Positions 1 through 14,821 are shown, counted from the stretch's first letter. The stretch: DNA of 64,000 nt from Eledone cirrhosa (GCA_964016885.1 OZ024743.1:99882001-99946000), one strand, 5' to 3'. Notes: a model not told the origin generated them from the sequence alone. Program-made: numbers and translations.

Positions 1-920
1 TATAAGACCTGGATGAGACATATTTTATGAGAAAAAGTGATGTTATATGTTATCAAATATGATAATACAGAATATTTCATTAGAAATATGGTAACAAAAA
101 CATTCTGTTTTTAAAGAAAATCTTTTGCACAGCTTTTCAGAAAATTCGAACAAACATATCATTACCATCATTTTACAACTGCTTTCCATACTGACATGTA
201 TTGAACATATTTTACATTAAAAATAAAATAAAACTACAAAAAACGTTTAACCCATTAGCAACTAATTTTCAGAATTTCATGTTTAATCGAGATGAAATGT
301 AAACTAATTTCACAAAAAAATTGATGTTATTTTCTATTAATGTACATTAAATTGGTGTTTATATTTGTTACCCAGAACAAATTTAATCTAAAACAGATTT
401 CAAAAACCAGTTCTTTATAGGAATTCATTCAAATATTTTATTTATTTATTCCCCTCTTTCAAATATTTAATATTTGCTATATTAGAGTTCAATGCCTTTG
501 GTATTAGTAAAAAAAAATTGAACTGGAGAAATAATTTCAAAATTAGGAAGAAGAAAAATAAAGGTATAAAAAGATATGTGCTTAGCTGGAGATTAATTGA
601 AGCTTGTTGGATCTGTGGAAATTCTTGTTTCTATCTTGATGCATAAATTTATAGATCTTCATAATATTGTTTCACTATGTTAACTATTCTGATTATGTCT
701 TCAACTTCATTCCATAGTTCAGCTTGTTTAAAGAATAGTACTCAAATTTATTTCATTACGTTCAGGATTTTGATAATGTCTATGATTATGTTCCATAATT
801 AAGCTTAACGCTAGAATACATATCTGAACAAGCAGAATAATATTATTGATGAATTTAATAATGATTCTATAAGTTTATTAGTAACAGATGTAGATTCAAT
901 ATGGTTAACTAAAAATAATA

Positions 921-1100
921 GTTTCTACGTTTGGCACAAGGCCAGAAATTACCCAGTACATTACTGGTACTTTATTTTATCGACCCCGTAAGGATGAAAG
1001 GCAAAGTTAACCTCGGCGGGATTTGAACTCAGAATGGCAAGGGCCATAACTTTATGCGTCAAAGCATGGCATCCGACCCTCCACCGATACTGCCAATACA
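921..1100 (-). mobile_element. SINE family C
   Basis: Reverse complement of the 22858-23038 type. Confidence 0.75.
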
Positions 1101-1963
1101 CCACCCCTCTAAAAATAATGAAAGAACAAAAGAAAAGAAAACAGGCATCTAGCACCAACGATGTAAGAATGAGAGTAGAGATACAGCTAAGAGAAGAAAT
1201 GTCAATTATCATTTAGTGTTTGTTTTCCCTGCTAGCAAAGGTTGGATGAGTTGTCAAAGACCAGGCTCTCACAGTGTAGTTAACCTCTCAGATGGACTGG
1301 AGGCTTGCAACTCACATATGTTCCCACACTCTGCCAAATGATCAGAATGGCCAGGGGCCCACATCTCATATATTTTATTCTGATAGTTTCTTCCATCATA
1401 CATCTCACTTATGGAATTCTCTTCCAGTTTCTTGATTTCTGGACCACTACAATTTGCAAAAGTCCAAAAGCAACATCAGTTGTTATTTTCTCTCTCCCTG
1501 AATTAGGTTCACTCTATCTTGACCTTTTTTCCTTCTCAATATCCCCTTACATTTTAGTGGCTTTATTATTTCTTTACTTGGATGAGTAAAAGAAAAACAA
1601 AAAACCTACATTCACACACTCCACTAAATACATTTTATGATAGTACCAGCACTGGAGAGGTTGCCATGTACTTGACACAGCTGAAGGGTCCTCCACACTC
1701 TTTATAAATGACAATTTGAAACTATAGTTGCCATAGTTATCTGCAGTGTGGCAAATATATTTTCAAATTTCAAATTCCCCAATACTTCGTAAATCAACCA
1801 AGTGTTATATAAATAGTGTTTTTTTCCAGAATATGATCCAGAATGCTAGCTACAAATTAGCAACATGCATTAAACCGGATTAGCTAATGTTTCATTCCTT
1901 CGATTACTGAGTAAAAAATAAACAAACATCTCTGACAAGCAATTACCATTCAAAGCATGTACG

Positions 1964-2440
<477 letters not shown>

Positions 2441-3089
2441 ATATATATATATATATATATGTATGCGCACATGTATAAGTGTGTGTGTATATATGTGTGT
2501 GTGTGTATATATATATATGTGTGTGTATATATATATGTATGTGTATATATACATATGTGTGTGTGTGTGTGTATATATATGTGTGTGTATGTACATGTAT
2601 CTATGTATATATGTGTACATGAGATATCATCAGGTTTCTGGACAGCTCATACTGTGATTAAACTGTTCAACAGAACTACACAGTTGACAACCATTGATAG
2701 CTTGCTGAGTCAGTGTACTGATAGGCTTCATGTTATCTGTTCTTTTTCAGTAACCAAAGTCATTTAATTTATGTTAGAATGGCTGTGATTTATACAATGT
2801 TTTACCAAATTTCAGCAGCATGCTTGCAAGACATTCTGCATGCAGCTCAGCAAATTTGGTACCCTCAAAATTGTTTTGTCAGGCTTTTGGAGAAATAGGT
2901 AAAATGCAGATTCTGAGTGGCTTGTGCATCATCATCATCATCACCATCATCATTTAACATCCATTTTCCACTCTAGCATGGGTTAGATGGGTTATCCCAT
3001 TAGAGGAAAGTTGGGTCAGGTGACTGTGTCTTGCTCATATAGAACTGTTTCTGGCTAGATTTCTATAGCTGGATGCCCTTCCTAATGCC

Positions 3090-3350
3090 AACCACATTTA
3101 CAGTGTGGACTAGGCCCTTTTTGTAGTGACACCTACACAACCACTTTACAATGTGGACTAGGTCCTTTTTGTAGTGACACCTACACAACCACTTTACAAT
3201 GTGGACTAGGTCCTTTTTGTAGTGACACCTACACAACCACTTTACAATGTGGACTAGGTCCTTTTTGTATTGACACCTACACAACCACTTTACAATGTGG
3301 GCTAGGTCATTTTTGTAGTGACACCTACACATCCACTTTACAATGTGGGC
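3090..3350 (-). repeat. 48-bp tandem repeat (~5.5 copies) inside a SINE-like element
   Basis: (ACCACTTTACAATGTGGACTAGGTCCTTTTTGTAGTGACACCTACACA)n next to SINE 3' sequence (2925-3090); related ~2.5 copies at 42010-42135. Confidence 0.85.
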
Positions 3351-5903
3351 TGGATGTATCAGTTCAAAATGAGTGTTCCGGATGACCAATCCCAAGCAAA
3401 ATTCCAGAATTTGCCATACAATTGCCATACAATTCATCAACTCTCTCTCTCTCTGCAAAGAGATTCTCATGGAAAACCTGATCATACATCACAGTTGTCA
3501 ATAAAAGATGAAAACAATGGTCATCCTACAACATCTCTAATTCCAGTGATGTATAACCCTGTGACTGTCTTTTGGCTTGGCTTTTATGGATGGATGCCCT
3601 TCCTAATGTCAACTACTTTATAGGAACGTCTTTGTATAGGATTAACAGTTCATGGATAATTCAGATCCACTGTAGCTGTTTCACTGTTTTTTTATCAAAA
3701 CAAGACACTTTATTTCATATAAAAAAACATCTAAAGTCTGTCTTAACCCAAAAGGTTCATTAGGCTGGTGATTATCACAGTTTTAAGGCATGAAATAACT
3801 GAGAGTACAAGACTTCCCACTGGACAGGACGCCAGTCCATCACAGGGTTAAATCCCCAGCTATTGCTGGTACTTATTTTCAACTGAGTATTCTGGAGGAA
3901 CTTGAATTGAAGTGTTTTGCTCAAGAACACAACATGCAACCCAACCCAGGAATCGAATCCACAATATTATAATCGTAAGTCCAGCACCCTTACCATTAAG
4001 CCACACACCTTCACATATACCTCATATAGCTCAAAATATCTGATTCCTTTCCAAATTAATTGGAGCACATTAGCAGTGTACTTCAGGATAAATATAGTAA
4101 TGAAAGAGTTAATTTAACAGTTCAAATCTCATAAGAATAATTATATTTACATTTCATCTTCCCAACATCATAAGTACCAATTAATTACTGTGAGGGAAAA
4201 TACCCTAATCATCTATATCCTATCTCAAAAGATATGTAACCTTGTGTTTATTTCATAAGTGAATATTTTTATTTAATCCTTTCACTATCATATTTCTAAT
4301 GAAAAACACTGTCCATAATTTTCAAATTATTTTAATATTCTTATATAAATAACTTTCTCAGTATTAATCTGGTGTTTGGAACAAAACTTAAAGGTCTTAT
4401 GTAAAATGATGGTGTAAGGTTTTTAGATAGATATAAACACTTTAACCTTTTTTATATCAAAACACCTAAAACCACCCTTGATTCTGTGGTAAAATACTGT
4501 TTGTTTTTAAGTGTTCATATTTAGATTTAAGCCTTCCATATTAATTTTATGTAAAAACCCTTTCTTAAATTATATACCAAACTCCAACTTAATAATGAGA
4601 AAGTTATTTTATTAATAAATCCCTCAGATTCTTGGCTATTTTCAAAATTAACTAAAACATGCCAATGACTTTCAATAGAAAAAGGGGGGGGGTAAAGTTT
4701 TATATCATAGAACCTGGGGTAGTTTCAGACAGTTTCATATGAAAGTGGTTACATTAATTTACTGATCATCGAAGAATAAAAAGCAGAGTCAAATCCTGGA
4801 GTATTTGAGTTGATAACAGTTAGGTGTGAGAGGTTACTGGGACAGGAATCTCTACCGTGTTATAATAATTTGAATGATAAGCAAATGTATATACAGAAAG
4901 ATGTTTTGATTTCTTCTTTTTTTTCTTCTTTTTTAATTTTCATATTTCTGATTTGACTAAAATTGATTATAAATTGTATTGACGTAAATATGAAGACAAA
5001 GACTTAAAAAGAAACAATGAACTAGATGCAGGCAAAATATTAAAGTTGGAAACACTAATATATGTGTGTGTGTGTGGTGTGTGGGTGTGTCTGTGTATGT
5101 GTGGGAGTGTGCACGTTTGTGTGTGTTAGGTGTGTGTGTAGGTGTGGGTGTGTATGTGTGTGTGTGTGGTGTGTGGGGGGTATATGTGTGTGTGTATGTG
5201 TGTGTCTGTGTGCATGTATGTGTGTGTGTTCAAACTAACTTCATGTAAAATACTCAACAGTAGTTTGAACACAAAGTAACATCTTTTTACCATGTTTTTG
5301 TGGAGGCAAAGCAACAGCCTTCAGCTTCAGGAACTAAAATACCTGAATATTTTAGAAGTCTCTCAGATTAAAAAAAAATTATTTCCTTTATTTCTTTTTG
5401 AAATTAAAAAGATGATGAAAACTCCTAACTTCAAACAAGGTGAATATAATAATTTGAATAAAACTATGTCCATCTCTCTCTCTCTCTCTAAAGGTGATGA
5501 TACAGGATTGAGATCTCTGGTGTTATGCAGTAATGCAGACGACCTGCCTTCCTATGTACATGGGATGAAACAACATTCAATGGCAGTATGCAACCACACT
5601 GAAGTCTTGAATTTTTGGTTTCAATTCTCTCATTGAGTCATCATACAGCCACATGATCGTTATATCTTACACAGCAATCTCTTTTGATATATAAATATAA
5701 GTATACATACATACATATTTGTATACAGACGTACAGTATTATGTATATATATACATACATGCACACATATATATATATATGTTCGTATGGGTTTACCGAA
5801 CATTTATTATAATGTTCGCTTTGTTTGTAAACAAATAGCCCGAATTAAGCCATACAGTGTTCGGCAACCATCGTTGCCCTTTTGTTCAACACTGACAAAG
5901 GAA

Positions 5904-5944
5904 CGATGAACTAGTTTCTAGCTTATTAGCTGTCATCAGCACTG
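5904..5944 (-). ncRNA. Minimal type I hammerhead ribozyme motif
   Basis: Minus strand: CAGTG-CTGATGA-CAGCT aata AGCTA-GAAA-CTAG-TT-CATCG; palindromic stem III CTAG, GUU site. Lies in a ~320-bp (TA)n-bounded insert (5780-6097). Confidence 0.65.
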
Positions 5945-6095
5945 TATACCTTCCTGTCAGTTGATTGAACGTTTGAAAGTATATACTTTCCTTATGCCTA
6001 TTAATGGCTGAGCAGCCTAATTTGCATATCGAGTGAGTTAGTCGGCCGGGCGTACCGAAAACAATAAATGGAAAAAATGAAATTTCATTTCTCAC

Positions 6096-6135
<40 letters not shown>

Positions 6136-6186
6136 CCTACTCCTTCATTATATATATATATATATATAAAATATACCTATTCCTTC

Positions 6187-6237
<51 letters not shown>

Positions 6238-6239
<2 letters not shown>

Positions 6240-6594
6240 AAAATTAAGATAAATCAAAATTATGGGTGTCATGCCAGAAAGACATGCGCCATATCACCCG
6301 CAAAATAAGCTCTAAGATTCTAACGAGTAGGTCCGAGCATTTTATAATAACTAGAAATTGATTAACATATAAATAAACATGAATAATCACAGGAGATAAT
6401 TTTTACAAGTGTGTAACCACACATAGCTAGGTAGGTAGCTAAATAAAGTTGACCAGAACTTCAAAAATAGATACCTTATAATATGATTAATCATTTAGTT
6501 ACCTACCTAGCTATGTGTGGTTACACACTTGTAAAAATTATCTCCTGTGATTATTCATGTTTATTTATATGTTAATCAATTTCTAGTTATTATA
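6238..6594. mobile_element. Asymmetric fold-back element in (TA)n (probable PLE-derived)
   Basis: Inverted arms 6343-6444 / 6493-6594 (102 bp, 1 mismatch), 48-nt spacer; left arm extends ~105 bp further; (TA)n flanks. Confidence 0.55.
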
Positions 6595-7520
6595 TATATA
6601 TATATATATATATTTATACAATTAAATGCCTGCTTCGGTCACGAATGATCATGGGTTCTACATCTAAAATGTTCCCTTGCAAAGCACAAGCCCAGGCAAA
6701 GTGTTTTTGTGGAAGATCAGCAGTCCCCCCATGCATACCAGTCTCCCCTCTCTGGGTTGCCAATGGTGTCCAAGGAAAAAGTAAAATCTGATGCAGCTTG
6801 GCACCAGTGAAGATGCAACTCATTTATACAGCTGAGTGAACTGGGGCAACATGTAATAAAGTGTTCATCTACACAATTTTACTTACAAAGCATGATTCAA
6901 CCCCAGGCAATGGTATCTGACACTTGCCTAGTGATTGAGGAGTGAATTTCTTAACAATTTGTCCATGCACCATCCAAAAGTTAGTTCATTGTTTATTTAT
7001 TTATTTTGATATTTCTTTTAATCCTTTTACTCTCTTACCTGTTTCAGCCATCCGGTTGATGCCATGCTGGGGCACTGGTCTTTTGATACCAAACCAATTG
7101 AAATTGCCCCTAGTTCTATGATACTAAGCTCCTTATTTGAAAGTATTCATATTTATCAAAAAACCTTCAATCATAATTCTCTGTATGAACCTTTATTAAT
7201 TATGTTCCAAACACCAACTTAATAAGAAGAAAGTTAATTTATTTCACTATCTCTAGACTGGCAGCTATGATACAGTAGATACAATCGAAAGCTCTTTTCG
7301 TCAAGAGAAACAAGTTTGTTTTCAATAACAAAGTTCGCAAGGGCAAGACATCATTAGTGTATCATTTGGGAGAGATTTCCAGTCAATTGCTGCATAACAC
7401 CTAGTGGTTGTATAGAAGTAGGAATATTTGTAATAATTTCTATTACTTTACAAAGTGTAGAGGAGAGAGAGATACAGGCCAATATTTAGTATATATATAT
7501 ATATATATGGAGGCACATGG

Positions 7521-8225
<705 letters not shown>

Positions 8226-9825
8226 ATATATATAGAGAGAGAGAGAAATGGTATCTTCTTCAGAATGTGTAAGGATATAGGTCAGCTAGGAAGCAAACTA
8301 TTCATGAGAGCAATGCTTGGGATACAATCTGGATCGGTCATCTTGTTGGATTTAATTGACCAAGACAGTTTGCATTACTCACTCAGCTGTTTTCAATGAG
8401 AGTGAAGTACATTTGCTGGCAAAATGTCAGCATAGAATTGGCAGAGATCTAACCAATTAGCCAATTTGTTATGCCAGAAAGTTTAGGAAACAGAGAAACT
8501 GTGCAATGATGATGCAGAATAAGATATGGCGATTAGACAACAATCAGATGATACTATGGATACAAACTGTGATATCTTGCAATCTATATAATAACTGTAT
8601 AGCCATTTTGTCTAATGGACACTATGATCTTACAAAAACAGTCTCAAATTTTCATTTAGAATTCATGAAATATAAATCAGGGAAAGGAGGTGGAGGAAAT
8701 GTTCTAAATGCTCTAATATACATTTTTGGACAGCAGTTCTGTCTATTAATCCCCCCCCCCCCCCCCCTGTTTGTTTCTATCTATCTAGCTAGCTATTTAG
8801 CTAACAATATGCCATGGGAAAATGGCTTTCTATTTACTGATAGTTTATTGAACCTAGAATTATTTCAATCAAGCAAAAGGGGTCAGATATTGAGAGTACT
8901 CTACTAAGAATAGATAACCCCAGAGAATAATACCATTGATTTATATACCAGATCATACAGATATTGGAAGAAATAGGAAAGCAGATGTTTATCGATATGT
9001 CAATCTTGAATGACCAAGCCTACGATCAATGACATTCTTTCTATGACCCTCCCATCTTGTTTTTGGTGGTCTTATGTATTTAACACTACATTATCTGGAA
9101 TGTCCTTCCATTTCTATATATAATTTTGAAACCAAACTGCCTGAAACCACCTCTGGTTCTGTGATACAAAGTTGTTTATATTAAAAAAAGAAACTTCTAT
9201 CATAATCTTATATAAGAACATTTGTGAAGTTATGTTCCAATCACAAGCTTAATAATTGTTTTCTTTTTATTTAGGTACAAGGCCAACAATTTTGATTAAA
9301 TCGACCCCAGTTGCATTATTAGCACTTTATTTTATCAACCCTGTAAGGATGAAGGAAATGCTAAAAGCTTATTAGTTATTTATATTACTAAATCCCTCCA
9401 AGTTCTTGATTATTTTCAAAATGATGTGAGAATCATAAGCAATGTTTTTCATTCAAAATATGGTAATGGAATGTATAGAGATGATTTTATCAATTTGCTA
9501 ACTGACTTGATAGTATTTCTAAATTCACTCCCAGTTATGCTCAGCCATACTTATGGTGTTGTAGTGATTTTTGACACACACACACACCACCCCCACCATC
9601 CCATTTCAGATCCTTTTCTTATTATTCTACATCTTTAGCATGTGACATAGCTATATTAACTCACTCACTATTTTTTTTTTTTTTTAGTCAGTGAAAATTA
9701 TTTTTAGTGCCTCTGAGAGTGTTATGAAGAAGATGGAAAGTTATCCTCAAACCAGAGAGCCCTGGCTCTATTGCTTACAACAGAGCAGACACTATTAAAT
9801 GTACCCAACGATCACAGGATAATAT

Positions 9826-10098
9826 TAACCCTCTTGATACAAACCCATCTGAAACTGTCCCTTGCTTTATAATACAAAAATGTTTATTTTATACTGTTTA
9901 TATTTATCAAAATACTTTCCATCATAATTTTATTTAAGAACATTTATTTGTTAAGTTATATTCCAAACACCAGCTCAATAATAAGAAAGTTTAGTTATAT
10001 TACTAAAACCTTGATTAGCTATTCTTGATTATTTTCAAAATGATTTGAAAATCAGAGGCAGCATTTTTTAATAAGAAATTTGGTAATGAAAGGGTTAA
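9826..10098 (+). mobile_element. TTAA-flanked MITE, full length
   Basis: TTAACCCTCTTGATAC..GGTAATGAAAGGGTTAA. Confidence 0.65.
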
Positions 10099-10583
10099 AA
10101 CCAGGTGGCAGATTACGTCAACAACTATGACTGGCATTCTAATTATTGTTGTTGGAGATTAAAGTTTAAGCAAAGAATCGCTGCTTTCACCCTTAACGGG
10201 ATCTTCTGAAACTAAAAAAATCAATCTGTGAACGCAGAAGTAAATATTTCGAAAAACGTTACACACTATATGTATATATATATACACACACATATAGCGT
10301 CATAATGTCGTAATGCAGACAGCCAGACATACAGACAGATATTATAAGGGGGCATAATATGTATCTATCTAAAAAGAAAGACTAAGAATTATAGAGAGAG
10401 ATCGCTAAATCGCCTAATGCGGTCCCTGGTGCATTGAAAATTTGAAATATTTTTAATTCAAAACACTCACAGGACCATAAGTATTACATGTGTAAAGTTT
10501 GAAAACAATCGGTTGGGTGGTTCTCGAGTTTTAGGGAGTCAGACAGGCAGACAGACAGACATTCTCTGTTTTAGATATATAGA

Positions 10584-10947
10584 CTAGCAGAAAACTACCC
10601 GGTGGGCGGTTTTCTGCTAGCAAATCTAGTGTATAGACTGATATTGTTGAGATTTGGATGAGAAATGTTTTCGGCACCACATATATATATATATATATAT
10701 TACATGTATATATATATATATATTACATGTATATATATATATATTACACACACACAGAAATGTATATATGTTTCTGTAGCACTCCTCAATTACCTCCTCT
10801 CTCCCTCCCGCTATCCCCCTCTTGTAGTCTGTCTCTTTCTTTCACTCTCACTCTCTCTCTACGCGTGCGCAAAAAACATTCGCACGCGCGCACGTGTTTC
10901 CACTGTCGGACAGACAGAGAAATTGCTGGTTATATATTATAAGGAGA
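10584..10947 (-). mobile_element. Small non-autonomous Helitron-like element
   Basis: Minus strand A|TCTCCTTATAAT..CTGCTAG|T termini; subterminal hairpin CTAGCAGAAAA..TTTTCTGCTAG; (GACA)n. A similar remnant lies at 10420-10583. Confidence 0.55.
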
Positions 10948-11115
10948 TAATACACTCACCTCCCTTATACAAGCCATCTCTACAGAGTCCTAGTCTGCTA
11001 ATTTTCACGCTAAAGACTGCGTTCAATCATTATTCCTCATTCCTCAGAACTGCATCACTCTGAAAATCCCCCTCTCCTCCTCATTATCCTTTTGTTACAT
11101 ACAAAAATGTAAAGA

Positions 11116-11466
11116 AGTTTGAGCTGAACATCAACCACATTTGAGCCGGTTTAATCTCAGATGTTTAACCCTTTCATACCACTCAAGTTTGAGCTGAACA
11201 TCAACCACATCTGAGCTGGTTTAATCTCAGATGTTTAACCCTTTCATACCACTCAAGTTTGAGCTGAACATCAACCACATCTGAGCTGGTTTAATCTCAG
11301 ATGTTTAACCCTTTCATACCACTCAAGTTTGAGCTGAACATCAACCACATCTGAGCTGGTTTAATCTCAGATGTTTAACCCTTTCATACCACTCAAGTTT
11401 GAGCTGAACATCAACCACATCTGAGCTGGTTTAATCTCAGATGTTTAACCCTTTTCATACCACTCA
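11116..11466. repeat. 70-bp tandem repeat, 5 copies
   Basis: AGTTTGAGCTGAACATCAACCACATCTGAGCTGGTTTAATCTCAGATGTTTAACCCTTTCATACCACTCA x5. Confidence 0.95.
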
Positions 11467-11559
11467 TCCTGAAACTGCCCTGCTTTTATAATACACAATT
11501 GCTCATTTTAAAATGTCCATACTTATATTAAAACCTCATATCATAATATTATTTAAGAA

Positions 11560-11728
11560 ATATCGGTAGAGGGTCGGACGCCATGCTTTCCAGCATAGTT
11601 ATGTCCCTTTACGATCTGAGTTCAAATCCCGCCGAGGTTGACTTTGCCTTTCATCCTTACGGGGTCGATAAAATAAAGTACCAGTAATGCACTGGGTAAT
11701 TGCTGGCCTTGTGCCTAAAGTAGAAACA
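11560..11728 (+). mobile_element. SINE family C
   Basis: Near-identical to 22858-23038. Older copies at 18325-18482(-), 18910-19045(-), 21980-22195, 22484-22640, 40610-40748(-). Confidence 0.75.
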
Positions 11729-13430
11729 ATTATTTAAGAAATATTCAATAATGTTTCAAGCATCATTTTACTAATGAAAAGATGAGTTATCAGATTAAAT
11801 TTTTCAGTGTAACAAAAGTGTTATGATGTTAGATCAGGTATGGCCTGCAGAGATCATAGACGCCATTCACTCTTTCTTTTAACTAGGTGCAGACATGGCT
11901 GTCTGGTTAAAGATTTCACAACCATGTTGCTACTGGTTCAAACTGATTGTGTGACACCATAGGCAAATGTCTTTTACTATAGCTTCAGGTCGACCAATGC
12001 CTTTTTAAGTGAAATTTGGTAGACAGAAACTGTGGGGAAGCCTGTTTCATGTGTGTATGTATATATACGTGCTAGTGTACATGTCTGTGTCTATGTTGAT
12101 GTCCCATAATTCAGTAATTCGAAAAAAAAGTGATTGATAAAATAAGTACTAAACTTGAAGGAAAAAAAGTACTGGTGTTGATATGATTGACTAAATCAAG
12201 GTAGTGCCCCAGCATGGCAACACTTTAATGATTGAAACCAGTAAAAGAATAAAAGAATAAAGATAATTTTTTAATTGTAACTTGTAAGAGCAAAACAAAA
12301 AAAAACTATCCAAAATGAAGACAAAATTGAAAGTGGTAAATGTCATCTCAAGCTATCTTGGGAAAGTTATATAGCACTGTATGTAATTATTACAATGTGT
12401 CTTAATTTGAAAAATCAATAGAAGAGTCACCAGAGCGTTAAATACAATGCACTAAGATATTTGTTCCAGCTCTCTGCATTCAAGTCTTGCCAAGGTCTAC
12501 ATTACCATTTGTCCTTTTGGGGGATCAATAAAGAAACTATCAATCCAGTGCTGATGAAGTCTTGAACTGTCACATGTTCTGTTAGGTCAAGTATGGAAGA
12601 GTCAAGAAAGTGTATTTCAGACTGGGACAACTTGAAACTTTAACAGATACATGGTACATACTACTAAGCTATCCTGATTAAAAATATACATACATACACA
12701 CACACACATTGTGGGCAATGCTAGGCCAGGTGACCATGTCTTGCTCATACAGGACTGATTCTGGCTTGGTTTCTACAGCTGGATGCCCTTCCTAATGCCA
12801 ACCTCATTTATCTATATATATATATATATAAAGTTGATATATAAATGAGGGAGAAAGTACTCAACACACATAGCAGAGTTTATTTATTCAATGAAAGCAT
12901 GAATGAACAGACAAAACTAAAAATATCAGAGTAACAATGAAGTGAGTTATCAGCATTGAACACATACGTATGTGTATGTGTTTATATATATATATATATA
13001 CACACACACATAAATATATATGAAGTGAGTTATCAGCATTGAACACATACATATGTGTATGTGTGTTTATATATATATATATATACACACACACACATAA
13101 ATATATATATTGTGATGCACAAACATAGTGGAACCTGATTACCAAATATTTCAATAACAAATATATCTCCTGTGCATTCAGGTAAATCTTTCCATTCATA
13201 TAATAGCTCCTTAGAGTATATATACTATTTACAATTCAGAAATAAATGCTATTTTTACTCTTTAAGTGAAACAATGTGATGGTTTTATCTGTTGAACTAC
13301 AAGGATAATGAAAGAGTATTTATTGATGCAGATTTTTATCAATTTACAACCAGTGAACACAGAATTGTCTTCACATCATTACTTATAATCAGTTATATAT
13401 ATATATATATATAGATATTGATATATAGAT

Positions 13431-13660
13431 TTTTTTTTAAGGAACAATCGACTTTCGTCAAATCGGACCGAGGGAACAATGTTTCCGTTGGTCTTTCCAA
13501 TTGCTAATACTATCTATCGGTCGCAACTCCAGGTAGAAGGAGCAACGTGAAATAAAGTGTCTTGCTCAAGGACATAACGCATCGCCTGGTCCAGGAATCG
13601 AACTCACAACCTTACGATTGCGAATCCAATTCTCTAACCACTCAGCCACACGCCTTCACA
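13431..13660 (-). mobile_element. SINE family B
   Basis: Near-identical to 7566-7792. Confidence 0.75.
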
Positions 13661-13680
13661 TATATATATAGATATATATA

Positions 13681-13948
13681 TAAGCATAGAGTTATTTAAT
13701 TTGTTGGTTATTCAACAAATTTACTTATAACAGATTCGAAGCCTCTACAGTTTTCTTCTGGAGTATAATATCAACAATATTAATAAATGGAAACTATATT
13801 TATAAAACCATATTTATTATATTATATATATTTCAAGGGTACCAAAAGTTCTGTCTGATGAGAGTGTACCAAAAAATGTTGGTACCCTCGAAATATATAT
13901 AATAAAATAAATATGGTTTTATAAAGATAGTTTCCATTTATTAATATT
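13681..13948. mobile_element. Asymmetric fold-back hammerhead element
   Basis: 70-bp inverted arms 13776-13845 / 13879-13948 around a hammerhead core; left arm extends ~95 bp to a (TA)n. Confidence 0.65.
13847..13909 (+). ncRNA. Type I hammerhead ribozyme motif inside a fold-back element
   Basis: CTGATGA(13855)-GAGTGTACCAA aaaatg TTGGTACCCTC-GAAA-TATATA-TA-ATAAAATA; stem I is imperfect at the inversion junction. Confidence 0.65.
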
Positions 13949-13951
13949 AAT

Positions 13952-14275
13952 GGAGGCACATGGCTTAGTGGTTAGAGCATTGAAAGGTTGTGAGTTCAAT
14001 TCTCAGACTGGGTGATGTGTTGTTTCCTTGAGCAAGACACTTTATTTCACATTGCTCCAGTTTACTCAGCTGTAGAAATGAGATGATAGGACTGCGGTCC
14101 ATATCATTCCACTGCAACGTGGTCATGGAGGTGCCACGGCAAAAAAGCACCCAGCACTCACTGTAAATGAGGTTGGTGTTAGGAAGGGCATGCAGCTGTA
14201 GAAATCAAGCCAGAATCAGTTCCCGTCCCACCCTTGCGAAGCAGGGAAAAGCAGACGTAAAATGAAATGATGATG
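13952..14275 (+). mobile_element. SINE family A
   Basis: Near-identical to 2096-2440. Confidence 0.85.
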
Positions 14276-14543
14276 TATGATGATACACACATATATATAT
14301 CTCAGGTTTAGATTGATAACATTTTTATATTCTCTTAGATATAGCTCTAGCCGTATCTGCAAAAAAACATTAACAATCGTCTCAAACCATTAATATATAG
14401 ATATACATATTTTTTCCACTCACCCCTTCTCATTCTCATAGTACTCAAAACATAGTATTCAAAACATAAAAACTCTTTTCCTACTAAATCAAACATTTCA
14501 CAAAGGGTACGTCAAAGCTTATTTGTAAAACTGTTATATGTTG

Positions 14544-14608
14544 TATTTTGTCTGATGAAGGCATACCATAATTTAATTTGGTATCCCTGAAATATATATA
14601 ATGAAATA
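14544..14608 (+). ncRNA. Type I hammerhead ribozyme motif
   Basis: TATTTTGT-CTGATGA-AGGCATACCA taatttaatt TGGTATCCCT-GAAA-TATATA-TA-ATGAAATA; 8-bp stem I (2 G-U), AUA site. Shares its downstream sequence with the 13855 copy. Confidence 0.75.
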
Positions 14609-14646
14609 AATATGGTTTTATAAATATAGTTTCCATTTATTAATAT

Positions 14647-14696
<50 letters not shown>

Positions 14697-14697
14697 C

Positions 14698-14746
<49 letters not shown>

Positions 14747-14821
14747 TATATATATATACATATATATATATACATATATATATATATAGATATACATATA
14801 TACATATATACATATATATAC

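Noticed and set aside
700-720. TULP4 exon 2 candidate (WNE codons on minus strand)
   Set aside because: Reads LWNEVE rather than RWNEPYQKLA, with no supporting frame.
11116-11466. CRISPR-like array
   Set aside because: Units are fully identical tandem copies without spacers.
12551-12645. CTGATGA..GAAA hammerhead candidate
   Set aside because: No convincing stem I, stem III or NUH site.
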